64,000 nucleotides of DNA. It comes from Catajapyx aquilonaris (taxonomy: Eukaryota). Made by a program: the position numbers and the translations under genes. Below the pieces are notes generated by a model. The model saw only the letters and a program-made list of their open reading frames with translations. It ran no database searches and had not been told where the DNA came from. The DNA lies in assembly GCA_000934665.2 (NCBI GenBank), contig KZ538311.1, forward strand, positions 62,001 through 126,000. The letters run 5' to 3'. Every line of letters begins with the position of its first letter. Position 1 is the first letter of the stretch. Positions 11,701 through 25,100 of this stretch are shown in pieces.

Positions 11701-14382
11701 TGCGGGTTAAAAATAATGGCTAGGCGCACACTTTTTTGTGGATAAATTTTTATTACTGCAGTTCCTTTATTAATATTGCAGTTATTTGCGTTTAAATCAA
11801 GGCACTTATGGGAGCGGAGAAAATATTTTTTTGGTGGTAATAAACCGAATTTGTTGGCTGGTTGTGCAGCTGCATGATGCACTATGAATGAGGGGGCACC
11901 CAGCAGATTGAATCTAAGAAAATTGTTCAAACATTTCAAAGATTCGTGCGCAGAATATTTCACGCCCCTTCTTTCTCCTCCCCCAAAAAACTTGGAACAG
12001 TGTTTTTCTTTTATTCCCCCTCACCCCAAAAAGCGGGCTTCCTCGCATTCAAATTACTCTTAACACCCGCAGACCCCTCAGTTCTTGTTAAGCATAAACA
12101 TTCCAGCAAAAAAAGTTCCACTCCATTAATGTTTAATCCCACCAGATTTTCCTCATCTTCCACTGATGAGTTTTGGAAACTTATTGTTGTCGCAGCAAAA
12201 CTTACCAAAATTGCTGGCAGAGATTTCTGGATGTTTTTTTTTCTTCTTTTCTATATGAGTGACATAATGGTGTTTTAAAGTGTGAGAAATACTTGCGAGT
12301 TCCAAATTACTGTGGGAAGTAGGTGAAAATTTACTAGCAGAACGGCATGCCGCGGTGTCCTGAACCAAATTAACAGGAGGGTGGTAGTAAAAAGAAGAAA
12401 AAATAAGGGGGGAACCTGACTTGCAGAAAAGCTATCAAGGTTACCTGGTATCTGGGTCAGTTTTTGAGCAGGAAAAAATAACGTACGCTAAAAGCAAGTA
12501 GAACATGTTGTTATGGACCGTTCGGGTCATGTCTTACTCTTGCACACGTTTTCGGATATAATGAGCATGTGTTGATGAACTATAAAACCCGGAAACTGGG
12601 TACCACAACTCATTCTACTCCGGCTGAAGATATATGTGGCCTTCCTTTTATGATATCCTGACCTGGCGACTATAAATACTCGCATAATCAGGGGGGCTTG
12701 CAGAAGTGCTCTTTTGCAAAGGGTGTTATTCACTCACACTTGGACGTGTCACGCGAGATTTTGGCACATGGCATTTGGGACCGATTTATGCATGCAAATA
12801 AGGGGGCGGATGGGGGAGGAGAGTTTAAAAATATATTAAATTGTGCGGAACTGGTTTAACGCTGTAAATCACCTTGAGTGAAAGGTAGGTTATGTAATTG
12901 GCAACTTCGGCAATATTTTCAATATTTATAACACCTGGTTTGCGGTATAATGAAGTTATTGCTGGAACAGCATACTTTGCATTGAAGTGCGGCAATATTT
13001 TCCATACAATGGATTGCGTAGATGCGAACGAAAATGTCGCAAAACCTGTGATTTTCTTGGTTTATTCGGAGGGCTCAGGTAACTCAGACCACTTGGCTAC
13101 AGGGTTAATTTTATGTTCGTTTAAATGATCACATTTACCTGCCCTGAACATGAGCAATCGGGCTAAAAATTAACGGTAATATTCACAAGGTTAAAAATCG
13201 CCGGAAATTATTGATATCAACATCACTGGTCGCATATTTCATATCATCCAATCACAAACATGGAACCAACAGCAGTCACCTGTAAATTTGAACCTTCCGA
13301 TACACGGTACACCTAGTATTTACTAAGCAGAACATGAAAAAATTACGGCCCTTATCGATAAAGCCAAGCACCCAACTATAGCCTATATATAATAATAAAA
13401 AATCCGGATATCTTAACGGTATCAGGATGAAGTGGCAAGTAGGCGTTGAACTACTCCCGGATACTATTCTTAGGTCGAGTTATCTACAGTTACATGTTGT
13501 AATCCGCTGTTTATGACGAACGAATATTTATCCAGGCCATTTTTAAAATTTTTATTTGAATCCAAAGTTGATATCTGTGGGATTTTGTAATAATTTGAGG
13601 GGCATGCAACTGTCTTTTAAGTTGTTGTTTATCCCTATGTGCACCGTATGTTCCTTCTTGGAGTACACACAGTGTATAAAAAGCCCCCCTCTAGATCCTA
13701 GGCCCTGCACCCCCCACCCCCTATCGATCTTTCGTGGCGTAGCCGCAATGGCGCTCAAGTCGCCCATGGCTTCTCTCTTCCCCCAAAAAGCGCGTCCAGC
13801 AGAAGAGCCAGAGCAGTTAGTGTGGCTAGAGGGGCGCCGGGGTTGTGCCAAGTGTGCTTACCATAAAAAAAAAACAGTGTTCAATATACAGAGTGTGCGC
13901 GGACAGTGTGTGTGTACCCGCAGATGAAACACAGGCCTTAACAATGGACGGAACAATTCGGTAAGTGGGCATAACAATGATTGGCCCAGTTATCCACTTC
14001 TTGTGCAGCAGGAGCCGGAAAAACACTGGGGCTATTGTCATCATCACGGAGCTGGGTCACTTCCACTGAATTCGACCCGAATTTTTGCCCAAAATTTATT
14101 TCATTTAGAAACACATGCAGGGGGGCATTCGGAAGGCGAATCGATAGCGAAAAATGTCTGCAGCGTCGGGTTTTTCTACGTAACAAGATAGGGCAAAAAG
14201 GCCGCAACTGCAGACCCATTGACGGTGTGAGTGTGTGGGGAGGGTGCCCTATGCATAATGGATCGAATCAACCTCCCCTGGAGTTGTTTAGGCAAATTGG
14301 AAGCGCCTATTAGAACCGGGCTTATTGTTGCACAAACCAAGTTTCTGCGCACTACCATTCTGAATGAACTTTATGAAGGAGG

Positions 14383-14385
<3 letters not shown>

Positions 14386-14414
<29 letters not shown>
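14386..14414. repeat. (CA)n microsatellite
   Basis: About 14 CA units read directly. Confidence 0.9.
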
Positions 14415-14416
<2 letters not shown>

Positions 14417-17400
14417 AAAAAAAAAAGAGTTTGTAACAAGGAGGGAGAGGGGCCTGCTGCTGTTGGAATTGGAGTTGACAGAAGGCAGGGTTGCCACAGT
14501 TCGAAGGTCACATATTGACAGTGCCAGGGCCGGTAAAGTGTCGTCGATTAGGGCGATAAGCCTGTGGGATAAGATTAGCCGGATAGATTGATCATGGCAG
14601 CCTCATCCTGGTATTAATCCTTTTACCTGTCTGCATGTTGAGTAATGTGACTGTCTTCGTGTCGACAACTGCACGTTGCATAACCGGACATTGTCACTAA
14701 CAATATTGCGATAAAATAAAAATACAATGGGTGGAATTTTCTGTATCTAGCAGTAGGACGAAAATGATTCTGAACAAATATTTGTGCCAGTATGTCCTCA
14801 GAAATACGTAGGGTTGCGTAAAAGACAATTGTTGAGGACGTTTGTGTCGTAGGTCGTACTGCAAACATGTTTACGTGGTCCGTGCCATTTTTATTGCAAC
14901 CGCAACGCGTGGGTGGGGATGAGTCACTAGTTGTCACAGATACACAGCCGGTACACATTTACACTGGGGAAGCCGGCCATCAACTTTGCACCGTGTGTGG
15001 GGATTACTGCAGTGTACTGTACAAAATAGGGTATGCCTATATAGTGCAAAGGTCCGGAATGAAACGGGGAAGACTTGTCAAGGGGATGATCACAATGCAG
15101 TCAGGCTGCGACCCTCCCCATGACATTCACTGCAATCAATATTACTGGCTGCCTCGAAACCCAGACTACAAAAATTTAGTTGACCACATCCAACCAGTCA
15201 TGGCCGCAAGAACCAATAAGGGAATCGGGGAGGCTTCATAGCCCATGAAATTGCAGTTTTCGAACTACGGCCCGGGTCAATCCCATGAGCAATGCATTTT
15301 TTATTTTCTGGGTATGCTTCCGGATTCCAATGGCCGGGTCCGGAAATGTACGCTTGTTCCTATTTAAACCGTTCATAGTGGGCAGTCAGCGAACCTTGGT
15401 GTTCTGACCCTCATATATTAAGTCAGCCTCAAGGATTACTGGTTTGGCCCAGCGTCAAACCCGTCTCAGAAAAGTAAGTCTGAACTTCCCTTGATCGGTG
15501 CCAGATGATCCCCCCCAGCACCCTTGGCAGTTTTCTGTCCCCCTCCTGATGTCCATGTGTCGCCAGCTTGCACGTGGGGCTCGGTCCCATTCCAGACTCT
15601 TCATGGGATTAGATTCAAGAAGCTGCCCGAGTTTTATAGCCCCGAGAAAGGTTATCGAGAGCGCAACTTTCGTGGGGGATGTGTTTGCTGGGGAAGCGAC
15701 TCGACCAAATATGATCGCGTCATTTTTCTTTCCGGATGCGAACAATAGGAAATTTTGCTCTAGTTCGTTATGAGCAGCTCCCCTCGTCTGCTTCCCAGCA
15801 TCCGCACATTAATAAACTGCCCCCAACGGTGCAATTCGTAATTCGAGGCGTCGCCATAAATTTTGCGGGCTCATGGCGACAGGCGGATTGGACAGGTCGG
15901 CTTGTGTGCACCTCTTGTTATGTCCCTAGAGATAGCCCGGTTTTTGTCAAGCAGCCCCTTTCATACCCCAGCCGGACGTCGACCTCTATGTGTACATGTG
16001 TAATACGAGAGCAGGCCGATAGCTGCCAACCAGAAGCTGGACGGACAGCCAGCATAAAAATACGAGGTTTGAAAGTTTACCGGTGAAAGTTTTGGGGGGC
16101 AGCTTCCGGTGAAGAATTGTCGATTTTCTCTGGAGATAAGGTGACGACATCTTCTCTCCCCTGGGCAAAAATGGTGCGTATAACACCTTTCTCACGACTG
16201 GACTGTTCAGATTCACATGCACTAATGAAGGCTGCAATCACGACTCTTGCCTATAATTGGAGGAGGCATTTTCATAACGGGGTGTAAGTTTGTTGTGGGC
16301 GCGAACAGCACTAGAGAAAGAAAAAAACTATACGAGAGCTTGTTTTACCGGATTTTTCCTGGAGGGCAGGAACTATGCAGTGTAAGATCTCGAGCACGAT
16401 ATCGGTGTAATGGTTCTTTCCTGGGGCTTCTTCCCGACATATTATTTTTTTCCCCCCCTCTCTGTTTATGTTTTTGTTTTGCTTCACTCGCTCTCTAGCC
16501 ATGCGAAATGAACATGTTACTGTACCTAATTATTGAATAATGTTCGACTGAAGGGAATGACCGTGATGTAAGCTTGCTAGGTTATGCAACCAATATAGAT
16601 CGTCCAGTTGCTGCAGTGTGTTTCAGCGTATCCATTATTCATACAGTAATTACAATTACAGCTGCTACAGTGCTTTCAACTATTTATTTTATCAGTGAAG
16701 CGTGTGAGAATAATCCAGGTGTAAAGTTTTACAAGCGATAATTTAAATCCGCGTAAATGAAATGCTGCGCCAGAATTAAAAGAAAATAGCCGACTTTTAT
16801 CTCTTAATTATGTTGTGTTAGCAATGAAGTTTTGGTACGGGCACATGGTCCGTCGGAAATTCCTTGCGAAACATTACTGAATTATGCAAGCATCAGCAAT
16901 TTGCATGGCTGTCAAAATTATTCGCGGCCGGTCGGAGGGATTCATTGAATCATTGTCCTATGTGACAATTGTGCAAGCGATTTCACCGCATCCTGAAATA
17001 ACTTGTGCTTCGCATATATGCCTTTTGTCTCCATGCTTGCATTGCCAAACATCTGGCCAAAAATAGTCGATAGGTCAACCCCCACACCGTTGAATTATTC
17101 ATTTTTAATTATTGAAGTTTTTTTATTTAAAAGCACGGCTGGTATAGTCCGGTGTAGTTTAGCAATTATTTGGAGATGCGTTCTCCCCATGCAAATATGT
17201 AGATAGGGGTATTTTCAGCGTCCCCTCCGGGAATTCTGTCGCGACCAGTGAATGACGCAATGAATTGAGAAATCAATGCACCCCCTTTAAAAAAAAGTGG
17301 CCCTTCTCTTTTCAGAATTATAGACGCACTAATTGAGATAATAAATCCTATACCGGTACGCCTTTTGTGCACACATTCCCGCCACAACAATTAATCCGAT

Positions 17401-19150
17401 CAGAAAAAGGGGAGCGCAGCATCAAAAGGCGATGTTACATCAACCCTACAGCAAATCCCAAAATGATCGATGTTCGATCAAAATAATTGAATTCTGCAAC
17501 ATGTAGCTGGTTTATTTTAGGGGGCAGAGAGGTCCTTGGGGGGTGGGACCCCCAGAAGTGTAAAATTATTATGCGGTGGCATATCCTGGGTGACCTCTGT
17601 ATTCGACCCTCTCTAGAGAGGTGTATAATATAGAGAGGGGGGGTACCGCCTACAGTGAAAGGATGTGGTAATTTCCTTCGCAGGGACCGGATCCCAAATT
17701 TTGAAGGCAAATTCAATTCCACCTCCGACCGTGCGAGAAAAGGAGCTAATACTGTATTGATCCACTCATCCTCGGGTGTGTCGAGGTTGAGATGAGCATT
17801 TTTAGATATGTGTGTGTGTGTATGCCCAACCCCCTCTTTTTTCGGCTCATATATTCAAACAAGAGCTTCAGGAAGTTGTACCTTTGAGGTATTATGGGCG
17901 ACTCTGATTTATTCTATTCATAACTAGTTTTTTTTTCAGCCCACAAAAAGGTGTGCCTTACAGGCAAAGAGCAGCATGTGCAAACGCAGATATTACATGT
18001 GGGAAACTTCTTGCACAAAATTACGGAACGTTATGCAAATACTGTGCTCTGAACATATTTTTTTCCGCCACTAGTTTATGATAGGTTAACAAAGCAAAGC
18101 CTGTAATTTGATACACGCACAAGTACCGGGTGTAATATAATCACCACCCCGATTTTTTTTTGTTTTTGCTGTCTACACGTGGCATTTAATTAGCTCCCGA
18201 TCACTCCTGGACTCTATTTCACGATTGATGAACCTAATTAGATAATAATCGATCATGGGAACGACCTCATCACTCTTTCCCCCCCTCTCCTATCCCCTAA
18301 AAATAAGGTAACCTCCGACCTTGGCCATGATGGCACGTTCCATTAGCACGAGAGGGGGGGTGTTTCCGAAATGACCTCTGCAACGGCTTTTGAGTTTGTA
18401 ATGAGTGGTCCATGTTGAGGTAAGGCTTAGGAAAAGCTTACGGGTTCAGAGGGAGGGGGAAAAGTATCGATTTGAGGCAGTTGCATGGGTGACGGAACAC
18501 CCTCTCTGGCCTTTCAAAATGGGGCTTGTCTGCAGTGAGAGGTGGTCGTAGGAAGATGAGATGCTGTGATGGGGATCCTCCCATTCACAGGCCGAAGCAA
18601 AGACCTTGCTATTTAAGTGCCACACATGAGTTTAAAAAAAATTGGCCGGGTGTAAAATGTCCCAATGGTCCATCAGCATCCGACGGATTTTTTTTTTTGG
18701 TCCCAACTGGGAGCCAGCAGCTTTGAAAATTCCACTCGATTCAATGTTTAAAAAAAAGTGAGAGAAAAAGGTTCGATCCAGGGACGTCTGCCAAGAGTTG
18801 AAAAACTGATCCGGACTGCAATGCCGATTTTGTCTCCTTTTGTTTCAGACTATTTTGTAAGCGCAGGGTGAATCATACGACCCCGGGAAGTTAGCTTCAA
18901 TGTAATGAATGGGGGGGCCGACGAATTATCCTGCATTAAAACCGACCTTCAAAAGCTGCGTGGCTTCACAATCTGCATGACTCTACATTGTTATCAGTCC
19001 GGCCAGTGTCACCCAAGCATTGATCTTCTTAAGCTCTTATGTAATTATATTCCTCTTTTTTTCATTCGCAGGGTATGACGTAGCAGGCGCCCTTTCAACT
19101 TTCCCCTCCTTCCCTTTGTCCCTTTTCCTGTGTAGTTATCCCAGAGAGAG

Positions 19151-22100
19151 ATGTCCCTGAAGGAAAGAGCGGCTTGCCGGAGTCCTCTGGGATCCAGCAC
19201 TTTGCCCGCCGGATTGTCTCGGAGCAAGAGCTTTGGCGGACTCCTGGCCCATAAGCGATCCTCGTCCGGAGCCGGTCTACGGGACCCGGATAATGGCAGG
19301 TGAGTTAGTGGCCTACCCGTTTTCGGGGATATATCCGGGAAGGGATCTGGGGAGCACTTCCGGACCGAAGCCTTCTTTGTGCCAGCCCACAATGACGTGG
19401 GAGCAGCCCCTTTTAGTAAAACCACGGTGGGTTGGGCCCATTCAAGGAACACACAAACTACTAATGTATAAGGCGGTGCAATAAATCTGAAATAAATGTT
19501 TGAATAAATAAATGCCCATAAAACTCATTGCACAATGTTTCTCAAGCAGTGGCCTTCAACTATATAGCGAAAAAAGCAGTGGGTGTCCAGCCTTCTTTCA
19601 TATTGAAGCTCTCCATTTACTATTGAAGAGTTTCTTTGGACAAAGTGTCGGGTTTCACGCTAAGGAAGTGAAACTAGAGTTGAAAAGGAGATGCTTTTTC
19701 CCCCCCCCCCCTCCTCTCCTTTTCTGTTGGTTTTCTTTCCATTTCTTTTTCGTACCTGGTATCGTGCGGATCGTATACACGAAATGGATAGAACAATGAG
19801 ACACATCGTGTTATGCAACTTTCACTGCCGGTTGCATATCAGATGGCATCTTGTGAACCTCGGCAAGAAAAAAAAAAGACCCCATCGGGGAGGTGTGTCG
19901 GGTGTATTTTGAGACACTCTTGGAGGAGATTCTGCCAACAACGTGACCTGTGCAAGTTGCCCAAGGCTTCTCTTACACAATGTGGCACATCAGAGGATAA
20001 ATTCCAGATCCATGAGGTGGAATCACTGGGGACTTTTATCTTCATCATTTTTTTTCTCTCCTTCGTTTGAGAGAGATGAGGTGCACTGGGCAGGTGAAAT
20101 ATGGGCTCCCATTTTTCTTCGTTTTCCCGAACTTTTATGGGTATTAATCCCAATTGGGTGTGTCAGGTCAAGGTCATTTAGGAAGGACAGGCTGCATTAA
20201 CCTGGAACCGAGCCGCATCACGGGCGATTTCATTTGTCTTGGAAAATGATAGAACGATTTTCATGGTTGAATCAACAGGCTCAGTGAGGGATAACACAAA
20301 TCCCCTGCATTCGTGGCAGTTGATTATAGCACGGCTACAAAGTGAGGACTGTTATTTGAGCACACGAATAATGAAGACTTGTTATTTCAAATCGCAGGGT
20401 TGGGTATTACAGCGTCATTGGACAGGTCAATGCACTGGATTTGTTTTTTTTTCCAGGGCCCGTTTGCTTTGGACCTAAAATGTGCTTGGAAATAGGCTCC
20501 ATTTCCTTTACAGTAACCAGTACATATGTGGCCAGTTGCATGTTGACCAATTTAATGCAGGTGTAATAAATTAACGACCACGCCTGCAAAATGTTCGTGT
20601 GGCTTTATGCTCTCAAAAGCCTTTATTCCCAACCGTTGGGTTTTCGTTGAGACTTGGAGCATTTCCAGGGGGTGTTAAGCTTGCTCGTGTTATTGGTGCA
20701 CTAGGAGAAACGATCATTGATGTTTCCAAGTTCCGTTTGGCATTCGAAGGCATTCCAGTCCTTGACAAGTGTTTCTGGCGGCATCCAGACGAACCTGACC
20801 GTCAATGTCACCATTTGTACGGAAACGAGAGCAGGCTTGGACTTACGACTTCATTGCATTTTCTTGAAGACGTTCAGTTGGAAATTGTCAAAAAATCAGG
20901 GCCATTTTTGGGGGGAAAAACTAGCACCGGTACTAATTAGAAACTTTTTAATAACACTATCTGATGGCCCGACGGGGGCGGATGCTTGGGATACTTGGGA
21001 TGCACCATAAGTACCCAACACAACCATATTGCCTCCAATAGTTTTCCCTAGAAGCATGTAGGAATGTGTGGCATCTACGCTTCTCTAACCTCTTGTACGA
21101 TATTGTACGCAGATTCTCCCTATAGGACATGTCACCACATTTAATGGACTCGCGCCCTAATTAGCATAACATCCCCCCATTTTTTTTGAGAGCATGAGCT
21201 GCATCAGGTAACAAGAACAACGATACTTGTCTTTCGCCAACTTGGGCAAGCTTTCGCGAACACAATGGCCACAACCTCCACAAGGGAATCTATTTTGAGG
21301 AATTAACTTAATATACGTAGCCTAGTTATCAGCCGCATACTTGGCGCAATAATCGCACCTGTTATCTGTTTAAAAAACCGCTGGCGTCATTCATTGCGCA
21401 GTGGCAAAAGACAGTGTCAAACGGGACTGACGGTGTGTCGCATGTGTATACAAATTGGCTCGGGTTGGTTGATTAGTCATACACGGCGCATGCCAGGCTT
21501 TTGAGTACACATTTTACGGATCCGGAGTTTTTTATCTAGTCCGAGGCAGTGAGTTGTGGTGGCCAAAACATAGTGCGGTTGTGTCCCCCCCTGGTGATGT
21601 ATATAACAAAACGTCCGGAGTTGTTTTCCGGAGTCGTGTCAGCTCGGGTCTTATACTCTTTTTTTCGGTCGAAGGTTAACCGCTGCCGAAAACACTCAAG
21701 GGGATGGTTCTGTCATGTGTCATTTCGTATCCATCGTGACGCATGAGGGACGCGGAATTTTATTGCAGGATATCAGGTCTTATCTATAAGGTAACTTTTT
21801 TTTGTAAAAAAAACCTTATGTAGCAAGGTCAGGCCATGTTCTTAAAGCAGGAAAAAGTATGTGCCAAGTCGGTTTACAGCCCGGTACTTTCACTTTCTAT
21901 GGATCATTCAAAATGGAATTGGCTTTCCTGGTCTGGTCCGGATTTTTTTTTTCCAGGGGGAGCTCAATCTGGCGATTTGGGTGAAAAGGGGGGAAATGGT
22001 ATGGGGGTTTTGGGAATTCGGGAATCCGGTGCACAATTATTCCGGGGTCGTAAATCTCATCGGACCTGCCTCGTCTGCCATTTTTCATATGGATTTTTTT

Positions 22101-25100
22101 TTCTCTATATCTATTCTCGGTGATTACCCAGTAAAGTACGGTAAACTTTGCCCTTGGTTGGTAAACCCTGGGGCGTACCCGGTCCGAGTGTCGTCATACA
22201 GGGCGCCGAGGGAATTAACCTCCCCTCGCGCACGCTGCAAATCCCTATGCATAATTAGGAATTTAAATACGGTCCAGGGAAAATGCCAAGTGGGGGACAA
22301 CATGTGAGGGAATGACATAACAATGCAACGAATGTCATTAATGGAAGAGGCGGGGGAAAAAAATTCTTTTTGAGTTCGCAAAGAGAGGCTTCAAAATTGG
22401 ATTTGCTGTTTTCCTATCCCCATCGCGACGTCCCATCGGAATTCTGTCATGATTACATTTGGAAGGCAAAGAGGATTTCCACTAGCGCGACTTCTTAGCG
22501 TTTTATGGATAATGTCAGACACAGTCAAATTATCGCTGTTTCCAAAATAGCAATTCCTCTTCAACCGGTGCGAGATAAAAACAAGAGTATCCTTGAGCTG
22601 TCGTGTATTTCTGGAGCTCTTTCCGGAGAACGGGCGGCAAAAAAAAATCTATGAAGTTAGCTCTTGCGATTAGTTTGCTGATGTGTCTACCCCAGAAAGA
22701 TTGAAATGACAACGAGTGGGTGGTGCCGAGATTTTTCCGGATAATATTTCTTCCTAGAGTCAATGAAGTAAAACAAATTGAAAGGTTCCATTGGGAGCCA
22801 TTAAACGGTCGGGAAATATTTACAGCAGCGAGGTTTAGGCCCGTCTCATCCATCAGTAGCTTAATGTGCGCTGTAAATTTCCTAGCTACAAGTCCACCCT
22901 GTTTCATTTCAGTTTGGTTGCTTTTGCCATCCTACCCCCACACAAAAAAAATATGTAAGTCTTATTAGAATAAGAAAAAAAAATGTCGTTTTACAACCGG
23001 TGATGATTCCTTTGTCGTCGAAGGAAGTCATTTGCAAAACTAATTTCCCCGCCTCTGTCCCTAATGCTCTTCATTACGATTTTCGTCCGATTCCGCAGAA
23101 AGGGTTTCTTATAAAAAAAACCCGAAGTAGGAAAAAAAAGAGTAAGAATGTTACCAGAAAATCTAAGAAGTGGAGCACTTTTCGAGAGAGCTCACCATTA
23201 GCAGCTTCAAAGACACTTTCCCCCTACCGCTCTTGATTGCCCCAAAGAATCCTCTTTGTGTTGGTCCTCTCCCAACATCTCCCCTTATTTTTTATTTTTT
23301 TCTTCTTCTTTCTTACAAGGCCTTCCTGTGCTATTGTTGGGCAAGACCGGTGTTTCTCCATAATAAAACACGCGACAAGAGTTAAATCGGCACAGTTGAA
23401 TAACCACATCTCTCTCCGATGCCTTCACCCCAAAAATATTGAGGGAAAAGTACAGTATTAGGAAAGTGTGTTCAGTTTGAGGCAAAATGGCGAACAGGCC
23501 AGACAGGAAGAACAGTTTCCACATGTTTTTGTGCATGCCGACACCCAATTCGGTTCGACGGAGACACGAATTGGACGTGGAAGAGTGGGGCAGGTACGTT
23601 GTCATCATGTGAGAGTGACATGTGTCTGTCTGCCGGATTTTTCGGGCATATAATATGATACGTGTGTGTGTATGATTCGACCTAAATGTTCCAATATTTT
23701 GGCAGGAGTACGTGGACTGGCGGATACGTCCTGGGACAGGCATACAACAGCCCGGGAGGAACCCGAAAATTTTTGGGAATTTCGCCCAAGACCAAGATCC
23801 CTAAGTCTCCTAGACCCCAAAGAGCGCGAGATGTAGCCGCAGCAGTAGCCAGAGGACTTCGAGAGTGCGTGTCCGTCACCGAGGAGGACATCGGTGGATT
23901 CCGCACCTCGTTGGAGAACATCTCTGTGAATTCTCAGCAAGTGAGTAACCTTCCTCAGTAAGAACGGCATGTACTGATAGTGTTATCTGAGAAAACCGTA
24001 TGCAGTGTTTGCTCTTTTCACACACACACACACCTTTACGGCCGGGTTCAAAGTACGTTTTCTTCGCTTTGTAAACATCCGGTTTGCTAACGTTTGAATC
24101 AGTTTTTGGACGCGACGCAAGCTGTAGGCTCCCCCCTTTTTAGTGACATAGAAACAACACTTTTTGTTGATGAGCTCTTAATAAGAAATTAACGAGCCTT
24201 GGTGAAGCCTTTACAGTCGGGTGGATCATTTCCATACGCGGCTGTAGGCACGGAAATAACTATTTTCACAGTCCAGGAGCCCTACCCTGAGCAGGTTCAT
24301 GGTCAAGTTTATGTTCTGCGTTTGAAATATTTCACACTTGGACGCGTCACACGCTTCTATACACACTGAGGGAGGGCAGACTTTCCCAGTCAAGCGCACA
24401 TTTTGACTTGTGATTGCCAAGGGCATCTTTGGGCCAGCACTGGCTCAAGGCCGGATTTGAACCAATGAGAAGCTGGCCAGTGGCGTCACTCAACTAGCTT
24501 GGGTCCGATTTAAGCTAGTTGGCTCTGGACCAATGAGAGCTGGCTAGTGACGTCACTCGCTCGTCTCTGGACCAATGAGAGCTGGCTGGTAACGTCACTC
24601 AACCGTATTTGGACCAATGATAAGGCGGTTGACGTCACTGGCTCAATGAAAGCAACTGGATGGATCAAAGAGGACTTAATCGAGGTTGCGTTGGGGGGAA
24701 TTCTAAAAGACCCTGGCAATCTGCGAGGTGCTAGGAGCAAATTGATGGCACATACAAGAAGGAGAAATTGCGCTTTGATTCGTTGCAGACTGCGCCCTCT
24801 AACTCTCCCCCCCTCTCTCTGAGTTCTGTGTGATTATCCGGAATTAAGCCGCCTGAAATCGCAGGGCAGTCCCATTTGGCTTCGGCGCAAGACCTAATGA
24901 GCCTAACGAGCGCGGTAAACTCACAGCAAGAGAGAGAGAGACTCCTCTCTTCGTCTTTTCCTCTTGTTCCGTTTTCTCCCTTCTTCCGAGCATCCCAGAG
25001 CATATATTTACATGCTGGGGGGAAGAAACTTTGCCAAAGTCCTAATTTGATTCATTAGGTGACTATGAGTCAGTCGCGGTTTTGTGTCTTCCCCAGAGCT

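Noticed and set aside
20599..21010. Protein-like ORFs inside RIPOR intron 1 (possible nested gene)
   Set aside because: Non-ATG starts, no convincing splice sites and no recognisable motifs.
24462..24637. CRISPR-like reading of the 42-bp periodic repeat
   Set aside because: Eukaryotic intron, degenerate units, spacers of only about 10 nt, and no cas genes.
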